The notes: a model not told the origin generated them from the sequence alone. Positions 23,814 through 37,195 are shown, numbered from the stretch's first letter. The stretch: 64,000 nucleotides of DNA from Zygnema circumcarinatum SAG 698-1b (GCA_037447605.1 CM074806.1:1302001-1366000), one strand, 5' to 3'. Made by a program: numbers and translations.

Positions 23814-25778
23814 ATGGCGGAGCCCCTCTTTCACGCGTACCTCGTGGTGGACTGGTCGGCGGCCAGCGCGCCGCGTCTGGGCGCGGACAGCATCTGGCTC
23901 GGGCAAGCGCGCCGCGCTGACTCTGCCTCCGACGAGCGGCGCGCCGCACGGAGGCGGAGAACCACGAGGACGGGCGAGCGGGAGGACGGGAGGTCCGCTG
24001 CCTCAGCGCAAGCAGGCGATGAGGAAGCCGCCTCCGGCTCAGTTTCGGTTGATCATGATTCAAGCAGAGGAGGGGGAGAAGTCTATGTTCATTCCGTCGT
24101 CAACGTGCCAACACGAGCGGCTGCTCAAGAGCATATTGTGGAGTTTGCCACCTCATGGCTGGAGAATGGCGGAAATAAACGAGCCTTGATTGGCTGGGAT
24201 TTTTCTCTAGGGTTTCCTCTCGGATTTGCTGATAGCTTGGGACTCACTGGTTGTCAAAGGCAAGAAGCGCACAGGACAGAAGCGCGTGCAGCGACTTTTG
24301 GTGATGATGATTATGGCAGCAGCCAACAATGCAAAGTAGAGGAACAGGACGTGTCACATCAAAGTGGCGCAATGGAACGTGAAAGGAAAGGTCCCCGCGA
24401 ATTCTTTTCTCAGGATATGAGGGATCATTCCTCAACGAAGGATGCGCAGCACAAAGGTAGAGTTCTTGTCCAGAGTGCAGAAGGCTGTGTCAGCGGAAAA
24501 TGGATGTTAGTCTGGGACTATTTGACTCGAGAAGTGGAGGATGCTGACAACAATGTCAACAACCGTTTTGAAGTTGCAGCAAGAATGAATGCGAAGGTAG
24601 AGGCTTTTCCGTTCTATTTTCTTGGATTGCTTTCAGCTCATATTGCAGGAAGGTCTGGATCGTATTGTAAAATGCTGGTTTCTTCAGAAGGAAACTCCTT
24701 CCTCAGACGATTCTTCACGATGATGATGGCCACCTTACCATTGCTGACCAATGTGTCCATCAACATTATGTGGACTTTTTCTGTGCAGATCTCTGGCTCA
24801 ACCTTCCCCTTTTGGGGTTGCCCTCGAGGAAAAGCGTCAGCATTTCTCAAGCCGACGAGGCCTAGTAGAGGTTCAGAGCATGAGAAAGGGCTGCCGCCTT
24901 CAGCACTCGCAGAGAGACGAGAGGCGGAGATTAGATGCAATGCTCAGTCGACTTGGAAGCTCTTCACGACTGGCGCCGTTGGCTCTCAGGTTGTCCCCTT
25001 GGCCTATTTCTAGTCAGGTGAGGCCTCTCTGCGCGAGGCAAAGGATTCCTGACTGTTGTCCATCTTAATCGTGACTTTTTGCAAAGGATCCCAAGGGAGT
25101 CAGCGAGGGAGCACATGCGACTCAATCAAGCAAGAACTTTGTGTGCTCCACAAGTTATGCTCCCTGAGTTATGGGTGGTGGATTTGTTGCCTAGCACTAG
25201 ACGCTTTTGGGAATCCCCCGAGTGCAAGCGGTGCGCCTTCATCCTTCTCTGCTCCACCATTCCGTTGTTTGGCCATTTGAGACGGGCTTTTCGGCCCCTG
25301 CACCGGCGGCACCAGGTGTCACGTCACATCTTGCTGCCAACGCAGAGGGCCATCCCCCACAGGAGCCGCGAATTATAATGGCAGAGGTCAGGAACTTGCA
25401 AGTTACACATCACCTGCTGGATCCTTTGAACTAGAGGGTAGACGGCACAGCCGGTGTGGCGGAACAACGGGAAGGCCGGTGTGCAAGAGGCGGGTTTCTC
25501 ATGCGATTCGTCCCTCGCTCCTGGCGACAGGTGTACCCTTCCTTGGTGCCTCCCGATTGCAAGGATGGAGAACCGAAAGATGCCGGCCAGGTAACAGCCC
25601 TCCCACTGCCACACCACACAGTGGTGAAGACGAGAGCAGATGCTTCTGCTATACCTCTTTTATTCAGGTGAAAGAGATTAGCGTTGCCACATTGCTGCTG
25701 CCGCTTGCACAGGCTTGGGCATTTTTTCAAACGTCAGCTTTTGGTCAATGGAGGCTTCTAGCAACTTCACTTCCTTAG
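23814..25778 (+). CDS. Bacterial-type RNase H-like/DUF429-like protein (family often auto-labelled 'CbiG' or 'MobB-related' in alphaproteobacteria), spliced
   Basis: Exons 23814-24596, 24789-24989, 25201-25386, 25531-25590 or beyond (3' end uncertain; stop at 25671 or 25778). Motifs LFHAYLVVDWSAAS.P..GADSIW, ALIGWDFSLGFP.GFA, DNNVNNRFEVA, FPFWGCP, STWKLFTTGAVGSQ|TLLGIP, VWPFETGF, AE|VYPSL, KDAGQ. Confidence 0.8.
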
Positions 25779-26328
25779 CTCCCTGAAATGGACGTAAAAT
25801 CTTTGTAATTGCACGAAGACTCAATGCTCGGATTGCAGCCAGCCTGAAGTCATGACGACATCGTGGCATGTTTCTCCATGAAGCAAAGTCTTTGCTTGCG
25901 CACATCGTAGCCGGACGGCTTGCTGAAACCCGATGTCATGTTCTTGGTAACGAAAGTTTATTGACGGTGCATATCAACTCCCCTTAGTACGTAATGATTT
26001 ATTCAAACTCCAGGCGCCGAGCGCCTTCTATCGTACACCATGTGCTTGTAAGTTGCAACTACACCACTTTACCCGCACAGCTGAAGGCTTATACAGTAAG
26101 TGCAAAAGTCAATGTCAGCATGCCCGAGTTCTCAGTACTATGCCGACATGAAAGAAAAGAGAAAGGTACGCATGGTGGTGACAAGAAAACAAAACGCACC
26201 ATTTATTTGCTTGCTTGTCTGCAGAGCGACGACAAATATGAAGTCACATTTTATTTCACTTGAAGGAAACGGGCCATACATTCTCCGAAACCCCCAACTT
26301 TGCTATGAGCACACCCCGTCCTGCACCC

Positions 26329-29300
26329 TCACTCGTCCTCTTCGGCCGCCCGCCGTCGGGCGACCACAGACTTGAAGTCCTCCTGCTCCGTGCGCAGCTG
26401 CAAGCTCAGCGCACGCCTGCGCTCCCCCCCGCACCCTGCCAGCCTCCCCCCGCCGCCAAAGCTGAGCCCGCCCACTGCCTCATGTTCGGGGTTGGTTTCC
26501 TGCGCCCTCCCCCACACCTCCTGTCAGGTGCGAAGTCGCTCTGGAGAGAGGCCTTCAAGACAATCAATATCTAATGTCGGCGACTACTCTTGACATCATC
26601 TAGTAAATCATCAAACGAAGCAGCTGCAGAACAGGTAAGAAAACGTTTTTGATCAAGAGCTAGGTGAATGGAAACAGCAGTCTGGGCGAAGTAGAAAACA
26701 CACGAACTCAATATGGGAGCTCATGGCGCCATTATCACAGGACTGAGAGGATTTGACATCAGAACCAAAAGTACACATCGAAGCAAAGTTGCCAGGAGAA
26801 GGTCAGGGCATACCGGAGTGTAGCCCTTGCCAGGTCCAATAATAAGCCGCTGCTTTTTGCTCGATGAACCACCGATGCTGAATCCGGCCTCCGATTCGTC
26901 CTTCTGTTGAATCTCCAGCATGCGTAAAACGCCAAAAAAAAACTTCAACTGAAGCACACATCCTACTTAATTAATGAAAGCATCAAGTCGTGGTATTAGG
27001 CAGTTATCCTTAATATACTTGGAGTGCTCGCTCGTCTCGCGCATTTAGCCGGAATAGGGACGACAAAGAAAAGATAAATGACACGAGATCGCTGAGAAAT
27101 CAAAAGTTGAATGGCTTCTACCTGCATTTCAACGTAGCTTTCTAAATTCAAGATGATTCTCATAAGCATTTCAAGTCTGTACCAGTGTGCCGGAGGCTTT
27201 TGTCCTATTCAGTTGAACTCCAGAACATATCGAATAACCAAAACTGCATAGAAGAGGTGCAGAAAAGTCTACCATTAGGTCTGCCCATGTGACGTGCTTC
27301 TTTCGATTCTGAAAACCCTCCCTTTTTGGTGACTTTTTTGAATAAGCTTGTAACAAACTCGCCAGGGGGTTGCTTCCTTCGCCGTCATTCTCTTCATCTT
27401 CCTCGTCGTCACTCTCTTCTGCTTGCTTTCTTTTCAAAATGCTCTTTACTGGCTTTAAAACGGGAGGTAAACAAGAATCTGGGGACTGTCCTGTCGCCTC
27501 TGAAACAGGCACTGCAGCAGACAAGACACAAACATCAACAATCAAGTGCAAACAGTGCTTGAATTCTCCCACATCCAGCTGTGGAAACCTTTTCCAATCA
27601 AATACCAAATTGACGGGGGAAGTCCCAGAAAGTGAAAAAAGCAGTCTCGAAACAATTCTCCGAGTTCTTTGACCTTATCGTCACATTTCCAGCAAAACAA
27701 CACCCATCCTTAAAAGGGGGCATCAGGGCTTGAAACAAACTTGCGCTAGTGAGTTTCTGCTCCTCCTTGGCGGAGGGTTTTTCAGCAGGTAGGCTCCTGT
27801 CTAACTCCTCTTCGTCAATCTCTTCCACTCTCGGCGGCATTATTCCCTGTTCCTCCGTGTCTCTCTCCATGTCATCTGCATCCATCTCTACCTGCAACCG
27901 AACCACATTTATTCCTTTTTTGGCCCCAGTTGAAGTGCCGGCATCGAAGAATCCTTAGGCTTCGTTCTAAGTTCAGTGAAAGATTTATCACCAGGATGCT
28001 GTCTGGCATATCTGATACAGCATCACCACCTAATACTTAGGCACAGGAAACAGAGAAGACACAATTTTTTAGCAAGCCAGACGTCGTTAGCCCTTCCTGA
28101 CCTCCACAATGTCCTCCTCTTCTAAAGTATCTTGGCGGAACAAGGCCTGCAAACGAAATGTAAAACACAAAACAACATTTAGGCACTCCACTTTTCTTAA
28201 GACCTTTGTGAGCATTCGATGATGGCATGTGGAAGCTGTCATCAGTCCCCTTCATCGTTTGAATCTAGCCCCAACAAGCATATTCCGTTGAAGCCTATTA
28301 CAGAACCCAGAAGCACAGAGGAAATGCATACCGTGACATCGAGGGCAAGGTAGTGGGAGGGCATAGGCTCCCACTGCTGAGCCATGGCTTCGACCTGCTC
28401 TGCCGTGAAGCCATGAATGTTGCGAGCAGCACAAGCCTGCTTGTTGGCGAAAATACAGCATGTCATATTCAACCAATTTGATTAGACATTGCAAAAACAG
28501 ACTCAGTCATAATATGATACACACACCATGCCCCTGAGTATCGGTGAAGGACATTCTCTATGCTTTTCTCGGAAAAAAAATAAGCTCAGGTAAGTAGAAA
28601 ACAGGCTTGAAGATTCTGCTGCAAGGTCATCAAATCCTCACAAAAACATCAAGCTTTTTCAGCAAGATTCTGGTTAACTCAACTGATCACTTCACCGACT
28701 AGGCAGACGTGCAGGAAAGTGTGGCAAAAACAGTGTAGTTTTCATGGGACATGTGTACAGCACGAATCAAAGAGAGACTAAAGTCCCAACCTTTTCAGCA
28801 GTATTGCCAGGAGTTGGAACAAACATGGAAATCATTTCAAGGAATCCGCATAGCAGCAGATCTTCCTTGCAGAACCGGTGTATGGGGGAAAGGAAATGAG
28901 AATTGGACGGCAACCACATCAAAATGAACCACAGGAATGGCTTTCACAGACACCACTAGTCTCCTAACCTATATTTAACAACTACCTGACCAACTTGAGA
29001 CAAAACTTCAAAAGTGCCCTTGAATAACCACTGTACATGACACCACTACTTCTACTGATGCAATGTCAGTTTTGCATACACAATGTTCAGGCAAAAAGAT
29101 GCGGTGGCGACTTCCCAAGGAAAAATAACTCGATAGTCTAATGCTGACTCAATTACAATTCTTGCAATACTCTGCAAAACGCTATTTTCAACTGAACTAT
29201 AGTCGCTGCCCAATTGTGCATTCGAACAGAACTTCCACAACAGCCAATGCAATGGCATAATGTGACTACCAAAAAGCTCCAACAGAGAATTCAATTTCAT

Positions 29301-31923
29301 AGCTAACAATAATCATACCGCTGGGTCTCCGCTGGCAGCTGCCTCCGCGATGTACACCTCATACCCCGCAAGCTGCTCCTCCAAACGAGCGAGATGCAGA
29401 CAGCGCCATAGTTCCAATGGAGGCAGGTAGAAGGGAACAAGACAAGGAAGGAGATTAAAATCAGTAAAGCGCATGGAGGGAATAGTCTACCTTCGAGATA
29501 TGGTAAGGTATGGGAACAGTGCCATCGGCCCGCTACAATTATAACCGTCGCCTCCAATGCCCAATGGATAAATGCCAACAAAGACCCTTGAAAATGCCAG
29601 CCCTTCTCCTTGTCCACTAGCAGACCACCACGAGGACCAGATCAGAGATTGATATTTCAGCCAATGTGTGGTATATGCCCAGGAACAATGCAGACGGGTC
29701 AGCTGCTGAGAAAGCGATGAAATAAACAGTTTGCAAGATAAGCTTTCAGGATAGACGCTAGCGTGGGGCAAAGCGTTGACTGTGAAAATCTTAAAAAAGC
29801 CTATGGATAGTGAAGGCAAGGTTTAGACTCCGCGCCCTTAATGTACTACAGCAACCAGGGCTTAGTGTACGACAGAAACATGAGAATTTGTTTCTGTTCA
29901 CAGAAAAAGTCGCACCAATAATCGAAACGACAACCTTGCAAGTATCTATAATAGCCAGTTAGACTACATTTCGACTAGTAACCGGAGTTGACTTCACCTT
30001 TAAGAACCTTCGCTTCATTCAATCATTGCTTTAAGGTCAACAAGAAGTGAAGGAAACGACATTGTCATGAGTAGATGCATGTCCCTGCAATTCCAAGCCA
30101 AAGACATGAAGTCCTGGACACAGCCTGTGACAGCATGGAAGCTATACCTTGGCAGAGGCCCAGAACTGAGCAAACTGAGCGACATGCACATGGCGGTCAT
30201 CCACTGGCCCAAGCAGTGACGCGGCGCAGCGCCCCCACACCTATGTCAGAGCCTCAGCCTCCGCCGCGCCCTGGCACAGCCTCCGCTATAGACACCTCAC
30301 AGCTGGCCAGGTGGCAGGGGGGGGGGGTGGTCGGTCCACCAGAGCAACTTCCCAGTAGGAGGACCGTTCACTCACCGCATTTGAACGAGGGGTGCAGGGC
30401 GGCACTGTGGAGGACTTTCGAATGCAGACTAGCTAAGCATGCACAGTTCGTGTCCAGTTTGGAATTACTTCATTTGGCTGTGCATAACTACAACAGCTTC
30501 TGTTCGGATGGACGATCGTTAAATCGTTTAGCATATCATGCTGGCAGGTATGTTATTCTAGTTGAAACCCATCAGAGAGTTTACTAGCCAGCTATTTCCA
30601 TCTGCAAGTACTAGCCAACGACATTAGAGATGCAAATAGTCATATAAAGGAAGTCCATGATGGCATCTTCGTTGTCACAGACGCACAGGACAGAAATGAA
30701 CTGGCACAACAAAAGTCAAACAAGAAGTGTTAGGTGGGTGCAGCACTTGTCTTTGCTAGATACCTATGATGAATGAAAACCGCTTCTCCTCCAGCGTCTT
30801 GCAAAAAGCTCGCAACATACTTGCTCGATAAACCTGCAAGAAAAAAGTGATTCATCAGAGGAGTACAATAACACGAACATGCCTCTACGTAACTCATACA
30901 GTGTTCAAAATGGGTCCTGAATGAAACACAGTAAAAGTTGGCCATAGAAAAAAAAATCAAAAATCAAAAAAAATGTTGCGGGGAGAGCAGACATTCATTC
31001 ATTCAACAATTGTATTGTAATTACTTTTCTGAAATAGCACAGCATTACCCCGCAAAATGACACTATAGCGAAAGCAAGAACCAATCATCACATATAACAA
31101 ACTGGGAGAAAATAAATCAGTGCAAGGAGTCCAAGAAAAATTTCAAACCTCCTCCATCTCAGGCTCAAAATGATATTTCATTTCGGCAGGGCCCGCAGAC
31201 GAAGTTTTCCTCTTTCTCTTGCCCGCCCTCAAGTCTTCCTCCTGGCAACTCAGACAGACGGAAAGGCAACCCAGATCAGTAAGGAAAAGTTACTGTCGAA
31301 GCAGGGACCCAATACACATGTGGTTTAGACTGTTCGCAGCAGAAACTTTGGGTGAAAGGTAGCTATGGCGACACTCGCTGACAGATTCTAATCCTCAATT
31401 TTCACTTAGTCATTCAGCTAAATCTAAGAGCTCCTACACCACATGTGTGTCTACGAGACACTAAATCGCTGTCGTGAGTAACTGCATCGCTCTCGGCAGC
31501 AACTGCCTTAAACCATCACAGTCAGCGATGCTGCTGTTAATTGTTCACCGGGAATTTTAGGTGAAGCTACATAAACTTATGGGAAAGCGAAATAAAGAGT
31601 TCATTCCAACTAGTCGAATACCGCTTCAAGCAAATGCAGAATCTAAATCCTCAAACTGCAACCATTCGCACAGGCTGCAAAACTTGCCTCATCCTCTTCC
31701 GTCATGAAGTAATCATCCATGGCAAAAATGCGTGGAGCACTGCCGCCGTTCATAACCTCAACATCACGAAGAGCCTTTGCCAGGTAGCTCTTTCCACTTC
31801 CTGCAATGCAGCACAGAAAGTCAAAACAACGGAAGCACATGCTTGAAAGGTCCATTCTCTTTAGCAAGAAGAGCTGACAATGACATGACCAATCTGTAAA
31901 ACATGTCCCCTGGAGAGGCAGAG

Positions 31924-31960
<37 letters not shown>

Positions 31961-34275
31961 CTTAATCGTGGCTTAATGAAACCACAATGTAACCCCCTAT
32001 TTAGTTCCTCCGAGGTACTTTCCAAACGTCGAAAGCTCTAAAGTCCCCACGAAGGGCGCCGGCACAGCCCACAGTTCAAGCCCTCCATCCCTGTAGTGGG
32101 AATAAATCTCCAAACCAAGCATACATGGAGTAGAGCCCTGGAAACCAATTATCGCTTCAGTCCTACCTGGAAGCCCCCGAAGGATGACAACAAGCCGCGC
32201 AGGCCTGGCCTCCCTGCCGGGCTTGCGGAAGACTGCCGAAGCATCGACCACTCGCACAGATTCCTGAGTGCCTGCAGGTAAGCCGGGCTGCATGTACTGT
32301 GGGGGGCGCACGATGGAAGGGGGCGCTCCTGGAGGCTGCTGACTGAGGGACCCGCCAGCAAAAGATGGAATTGAATCTTGATGCGCCTGCAAAGGCATCG
32401 GCTGAACCCCAGAGCCACCATGCATACGAATCAATTTTGATATATCCGGCATAGCTATTCCAGGGAGTTCTCAATCATCCACACGCAGTATACAGTGCTG
32501 CTAATCTCCCAGAAAAAGAACCCTTCTCCATGCAAAGGATATAGGCAGTGTGACTTCATAACTGGCAACAACCCAATGATTGTGAGCAACTGCAAAGGTC
32601 AAGCCATCAGGCTTATGCATTGCAACAGGTTCTGTGCACTCGGCAACGCTGGTGGAGCACATACTGGATGCAGAGAGGCTGGCCTCGGCGCGTTCTGGTA
32701 TCCCGAACTTGCCGACGATGCATCACGGACAGCACTAAAACCTTCAGAACTCCGCGATCCTGCTTGGAGCTGATATTGTATGCCTGAAGAACTCGGCCCT
32801 CCAATCGGTGATGGAGCAGACCAGCTGCTATCTGTTATTGTGGTGTGGCTTTTGGCCAAAACATAGTCTATTTGCCCATTTTGTGGTTGACCAACTGTAG
32901 GCGTTGGGACTGGAGGTCGACTTTCACATGCGTGACTGCCACTAGCATCTTTCTTGTAGGTCAGCTCTGACGCCTGCAAGTCATAATGCTCACTTTGCTC
33001 TTGCTCACGAAGCTCCTGCTCATATTCTTCCTGCCTCCTTCGCATATACTCTTCATCAGGAAAATCATGTTCGTCCTGTTTCTTATATGTTCCGTCCCTA
33101 TAAGAATCTGCCCACACACAAAGGCAATGATGCAGAAGTTTGCAAGCCTGTTTTATTGAATGTTTAGTTCCAGCAATTAGAACAGATTGACAAAAAGGTG
33201 CCTGATCCGACGGGTGACGGGTGCTTGAGAAACGCAGATAAAAAAAATTGACGTTGTAAAAAAGCTCAATAATTATATTGAGCTCTGTGCGAACAACAAA
33301 CTTACTCTGAGTTGCCAGCTGCACAGTCCGCAAATCCCGTCCATCTTCAGGCACACTGCTCACTGGTTGCCATCCAAAACTTTCGACCTGTTGGAGTTTG
33401 TGGGCGGAAGCTCCTGTCGGTCTATCCTCTGCGTGCTCATGGCCACTGCTTCCGGTGTTGTCGCCAGCAAACCGAATGTGCTGTGCGTTCTGTCCCAATG
33501 CTTGCCTTGGCAGTCCTGTGTTCACGACACTGTATGTGTCCGGTGGGACACTTAAATTGCTTATAGATGCAGAGTTAAAGTGGTGCGGCTGGGGATTGTA
33601 GCGATGCATAGGGCCTGCACTTGGTCCATTTATTTGACCTTGTACGGTATAGGGCATGGAGCCCTGAGAAGCGAAACTAGCATCTGGCGGATAGTGGTTT
33701 GGAGGAGGCGGTCTCGGGGGATAAGTATGTGGTGGTGGCTCTGGAGGATGGAGAGGAAAAGAGGGAGGCGGACGAGACATTGGAATAGGGCGAGGCGGAG
33801 GGGCTATCGTGGGAGGAACTTGTGACGAATGTGTGGACCAAACTTCTGCACCATTCATAACCTGTCCGTATCTGAATGCGCTCAGAGTGCCATTTCCTTC
33901 CCGAGGGGCTCTTAAAACAGAATTAGAAAGTGCGTCGTGGACACCATTTGGCATGAAGTATGAAGGGTTCTCTGGCCTATGTCCAACATTAGTGACTGCT
34001 AGTGGAACGTTTCCACAGTGAGGGAAGTGCAAATGACCGCAATATGGGCAGGTCGATGCATTGCCACCGTCTTGCCTTCCGCTTGCCATCGCATACGCGT
34101 ACTCAGGAGCTGGAAACGAACGGCTTGAATCACCAGAAGGATAAGACGGATCTCCTGACGGCACACAGTGAGGATAGTGGTGCCTCCCACAAATAGGACA
34201 GGCGGCGGGACCAGGATGTGCCCACCCTCCGCCATAGCCGCCGTGAGCGGCGTGGGGATTCCCGTTGTTCCACAT
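26329..34275 (-). CDS. YLPM1: YLP-motif-containing protein 1 (YLPM1/ZAP3)-like P-loop protein, plant type, about 14 exons
   Basis: N-terminal CPICGRHHYPHC and a Pro-rich region. LVVILRGLPG|SGKSYLAKALRDVE...APRIFAMDDYFMTE, YHFEPEMEE, VYRASMLRAFCKTLEE, VDDRHVHVAQFAQFW, ACAARNIHGFT, C-terminal LQLRTEQEDFKSVVARRR. Some exon boundaries are unresolved. Confidence 0.88.
31927..31955. repeat. (AG)n microsatellite in a YLPM1-like intron
   Basis: Direct reading. Confidence 0.9.
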
Positions 34276-34883
34276 ATCTAGTCACGATAAAGAGGCGGGA
34301 GACATGGCAGTGCAGTGGGATACAGGGACGCCCTATCCCTCTGCTTGCAGCAGAATGACCTGCAAGCTTCCTCTGTTCCCCCGCGGCCACGAATATGGCA
34401 GCAGACCCAGCAGAAAAAGCAGGTGCAGGAACAGGAAGGCCTGTCAGACCTTCAGCTTGCATACTTATTTTTTAACCGTAACGACAAAAGTTTTAATTCT
34501 GGCCCGCCCCTCGTACCGCGTTCCGTCCTGGAGGGAGGCCGCGGCGAAACAAATAACAAATCTGGGACCCTCCACGCATTTTCCTCGTGCTCGTCTCTCC
34601 CCTTTTTTTTTACGAGTACGAAACCGTACGACGGACAATCCGATACGCCGGTACATACCGTACGGCGCGGTGCGGTCGCACGTGCGAGCGGGCAGAGGGT
34701 TTGGAGGGAGGCGCCTCACTTAGCTGGCTGGCAGTGCAAAGTCTGCACTGCAGACCGAGGCCTGGACCTGGACATCGAACCGGCCCGCCCTGCAGCAGCG
34801 AGGAGGAGGAAGGAGACACGCGTCTGCTTCGTCTGGCAACCGCGAGCTCGCCTCGTCGCACGCCTCTCCTTCCAACTGTCGGG

Positions 34884-37195
34884 ATGTATCAGGTGCTCCT
34901 ATTTCACTTATCCTTTCGTTTCTAGTCATATGCACTCTCGAAAAATGGGATTTGTGAGTTTTGATGTGCCTGTGAGTCTATGTTAGCTGTTGTTTACTGC
35001 TGGTCTAAAATATCATTTTCATGCTTTCTATGTATTATGCAGATGCAGGCAGCCGATTTCAATTCGCCCGGGCCAAAGCGCCCGCGAACAGGTGAAAGTC
35101 ACAACCCTAGTGATAAGTTTTGCTGCTGGCTCTACGTGAAATCCAGACATAGTTTAGGTACCTTTTCTTTCCATTGTGAATATTCCTTTCGACGTTTTTG
35201 CCTCTTGCATAGCTCAGGCTTTCCTTTAATCAACTGCAGGTGCCAAGGTGGAAGGCGATTGGACGTGTCCTAACTGCGGGAATATCAACTTTGCTTTTCG
35301 GACAACTTGCAACATGCGGAAATGTTCAACGCCCAAACCAGGGGAAAATCCTATTGTACCGGTTGGTCGTCCTCGCCGTCTTTGATTTCCCAAAAACAGT
35401 AGTTACAGTAATTTCTAATCTTCAGCATTTACTCTCTCGCCTGACTCCTGGCATGTCTTTGATTTTCCTGATCTTTTGTATCTTTGGCAAGTTGCTATTG
35501 TCTGTGCAGGTTACTCAGATGCAGGCGTATAATGCTCCCCTCCCCATCTACGAGCAGCCTCCTACTCCGCAGTACGTGGGTGGTCCCGGGGCTCCCCCCA
35601 TGTCAGGCTATGTCCAGGCTCCTAGCTACAGTCCGCAGATGATGGTCAATCCCTCGGTTGCGCCCTTCACTGGAGCTGCGCCGCCGACATATCCTCCGCA
35701 GGGAGGCTACATGCCAGTGATGAATGGCATGCAAGGTTGACCCACGCTCCTTCTGCAACATGTTTTTCTGCTCGATTTTAGCTAATTGGTCTTCAGTTTT
35801 GACGTGGGAGTGGCTCGAAGCCTATTTGACTTGAAGCCTTGTAAGCCTGTGTAGGACCTGGATATGGCGCGCCACCAATCGACAATTACGGGATGAGCCG
35901 AGGTCCACCGGTACGTAATTTGCTTGTCAATTTGCAGTCTTCTGCAAGTTCCATCAATTCTTCTGCTTCATTGTTTTTCTTCTGAATTTTTGTTAACCCT
36001 TTTTGGGGAGCCTGACTTTGTTTCTGGCTGAGTAGGTCATGGATGGTCCACCATTGGGTCGAGGGCCGTTGTCCTATAATTCCCCACAAGATGCCATGCG
36101 GAAACGCCGTGGTGGTAAGATCTCTCAAGCCATGATGTTCATACCAGCTTACCCCGTCTAGATATGCAGTAGCTCCATCTTTGAAGGCTGAGAGCTTTTA
36201 TTGAAGGCTGAGAGCTTTTATTGAAGGCTGAGAGCTTTTATTGAAGGCTGAGAGCTTTTACTGAAGCTGTCACAACAGACTGAAATTTCTCTGTGTAAAC
36301 ACTGCAGGACCAGAGAGTGGTTCTGATGGTGACTGGACGTGCCCCAAGTGTGGAAACACAAACTTCGCTTTTCGCACAGTTTGTAACATGCGCAAGTGCA
36401 GTGAACCAAAGCCTGTTGACACCCCACCACCATACCACGGAGGCCAGGTGGTAAGAATAGAGTCCTAAAGAGCAGTTGAATAGAAAGCTACTGTTTCAAG
36501 GTGGGCTGTAATTTGTTGCAACTAGCTGCTTTACTTTTTTATCGACATTTTAGAAGTCAAAGTAAGAAACTCACTGACATTTCTGAACAATTCTTCACTA
36601 TCCTGATTTTGGGATCTGCAGCAGACCCCGCGATTTGTTGCCAATGGTGGACCTGCCAGGCCATCTCCAGCTCGTAAGTGGACCTCCGATCAATTCCAGT
36701 ATTAATGAAGCCCTGCCCAAACAACTTTGAATATATCCATGATCGAAGGGTTGGCAATTACAGGTAGCTGTTTCACGGTAGTGGAGGAATAAATCGCCCA
36801 TGAGTTGTTCTCGAGTTCACTTTAATTTATGTCGTGTCTTCTTGACATATATGGCAGAGTCAGCACCTCCGGACGGAAGCTGGACATGTAAAGCTTGTGG
36901 AAATGTGAATTACCCATTCCGGACGCACTGCAACCGTCGTAATTGTGGCGTGGAAAAGCCTACGGAATCAGAGGCACCGGGAACTGCTGCAGAAGCAGAG
37001 GTCAGTTTCGCCCTTCGTTTTTTGTGAGGGGTGGGCATTAATTGCACAACATGTGGCATGGGATTTTCTTTCTTTTTATCCTTATGGAACAGGGCCGTCG
37101 GGCATCATGTTCTCCTTATTTGGCTGACACCTGCGACTGGGTCAGGTCAGTTTAGCTACCTTATTGATTGTTATCGATCTGGTTTGTTTCAGTGA
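34884..37195 (+). CDS. RanBP2-type zinc-finger protein with three fingers (At1g67325-like)
   Basis: DWTCPNCGNINFAFRTTCNMRKC (35240+), DWTCPKCGNTNFAFRTVCNMRKC (36308+) and SWTCKACGNVNYPFRTHCNRRNC (36858+), linked by Pro/Gly/Met-rich exons. Start (MYQ|MQAAD) and stop (TGA right after the acceptor near 37192) are inferred. Confidence 0.85.
36181..36260 (+). repeat. Perfect 20-bp minisatellite, (TTGAAGGCTGAGAGCTTTTA)x4, intronic
   Basis: Four exact head-to-tail copies followed by a degenerate partial unit. Confidence 0.95.

Noticed and set aside
23814-25778. Literal annotation as cobalamin biosynthesis protein CbiG
   Set aside because: No true CbiG motifs are visible. The motif layout fits an RNase H-like/DUF429-type fold, and the label in bacterial homologs is probably propagated misannotation.
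30075-30587. 170-aa plus-strand ORF nested in the YLPM1-like gene
   Set aside because: It overlaps a real minus-strand exon (VDDRHVHVAQFAQFW) and shows no domain or splice support.
32490-32542. U12-type AT-AC donor ATATCCTTT on the minus strand at 32542 in the YLPM1-like gene
   Set aside because: No TCCTTAAC branch site precedes any nearby AC or AG, and the implied frame does not join the conserved downstream exon.
36181-36260. Possible CRISPR array
   Set aside because: Units are contiguous with no spacers, the context is a eukaryotic intron, and no cas genes are present.
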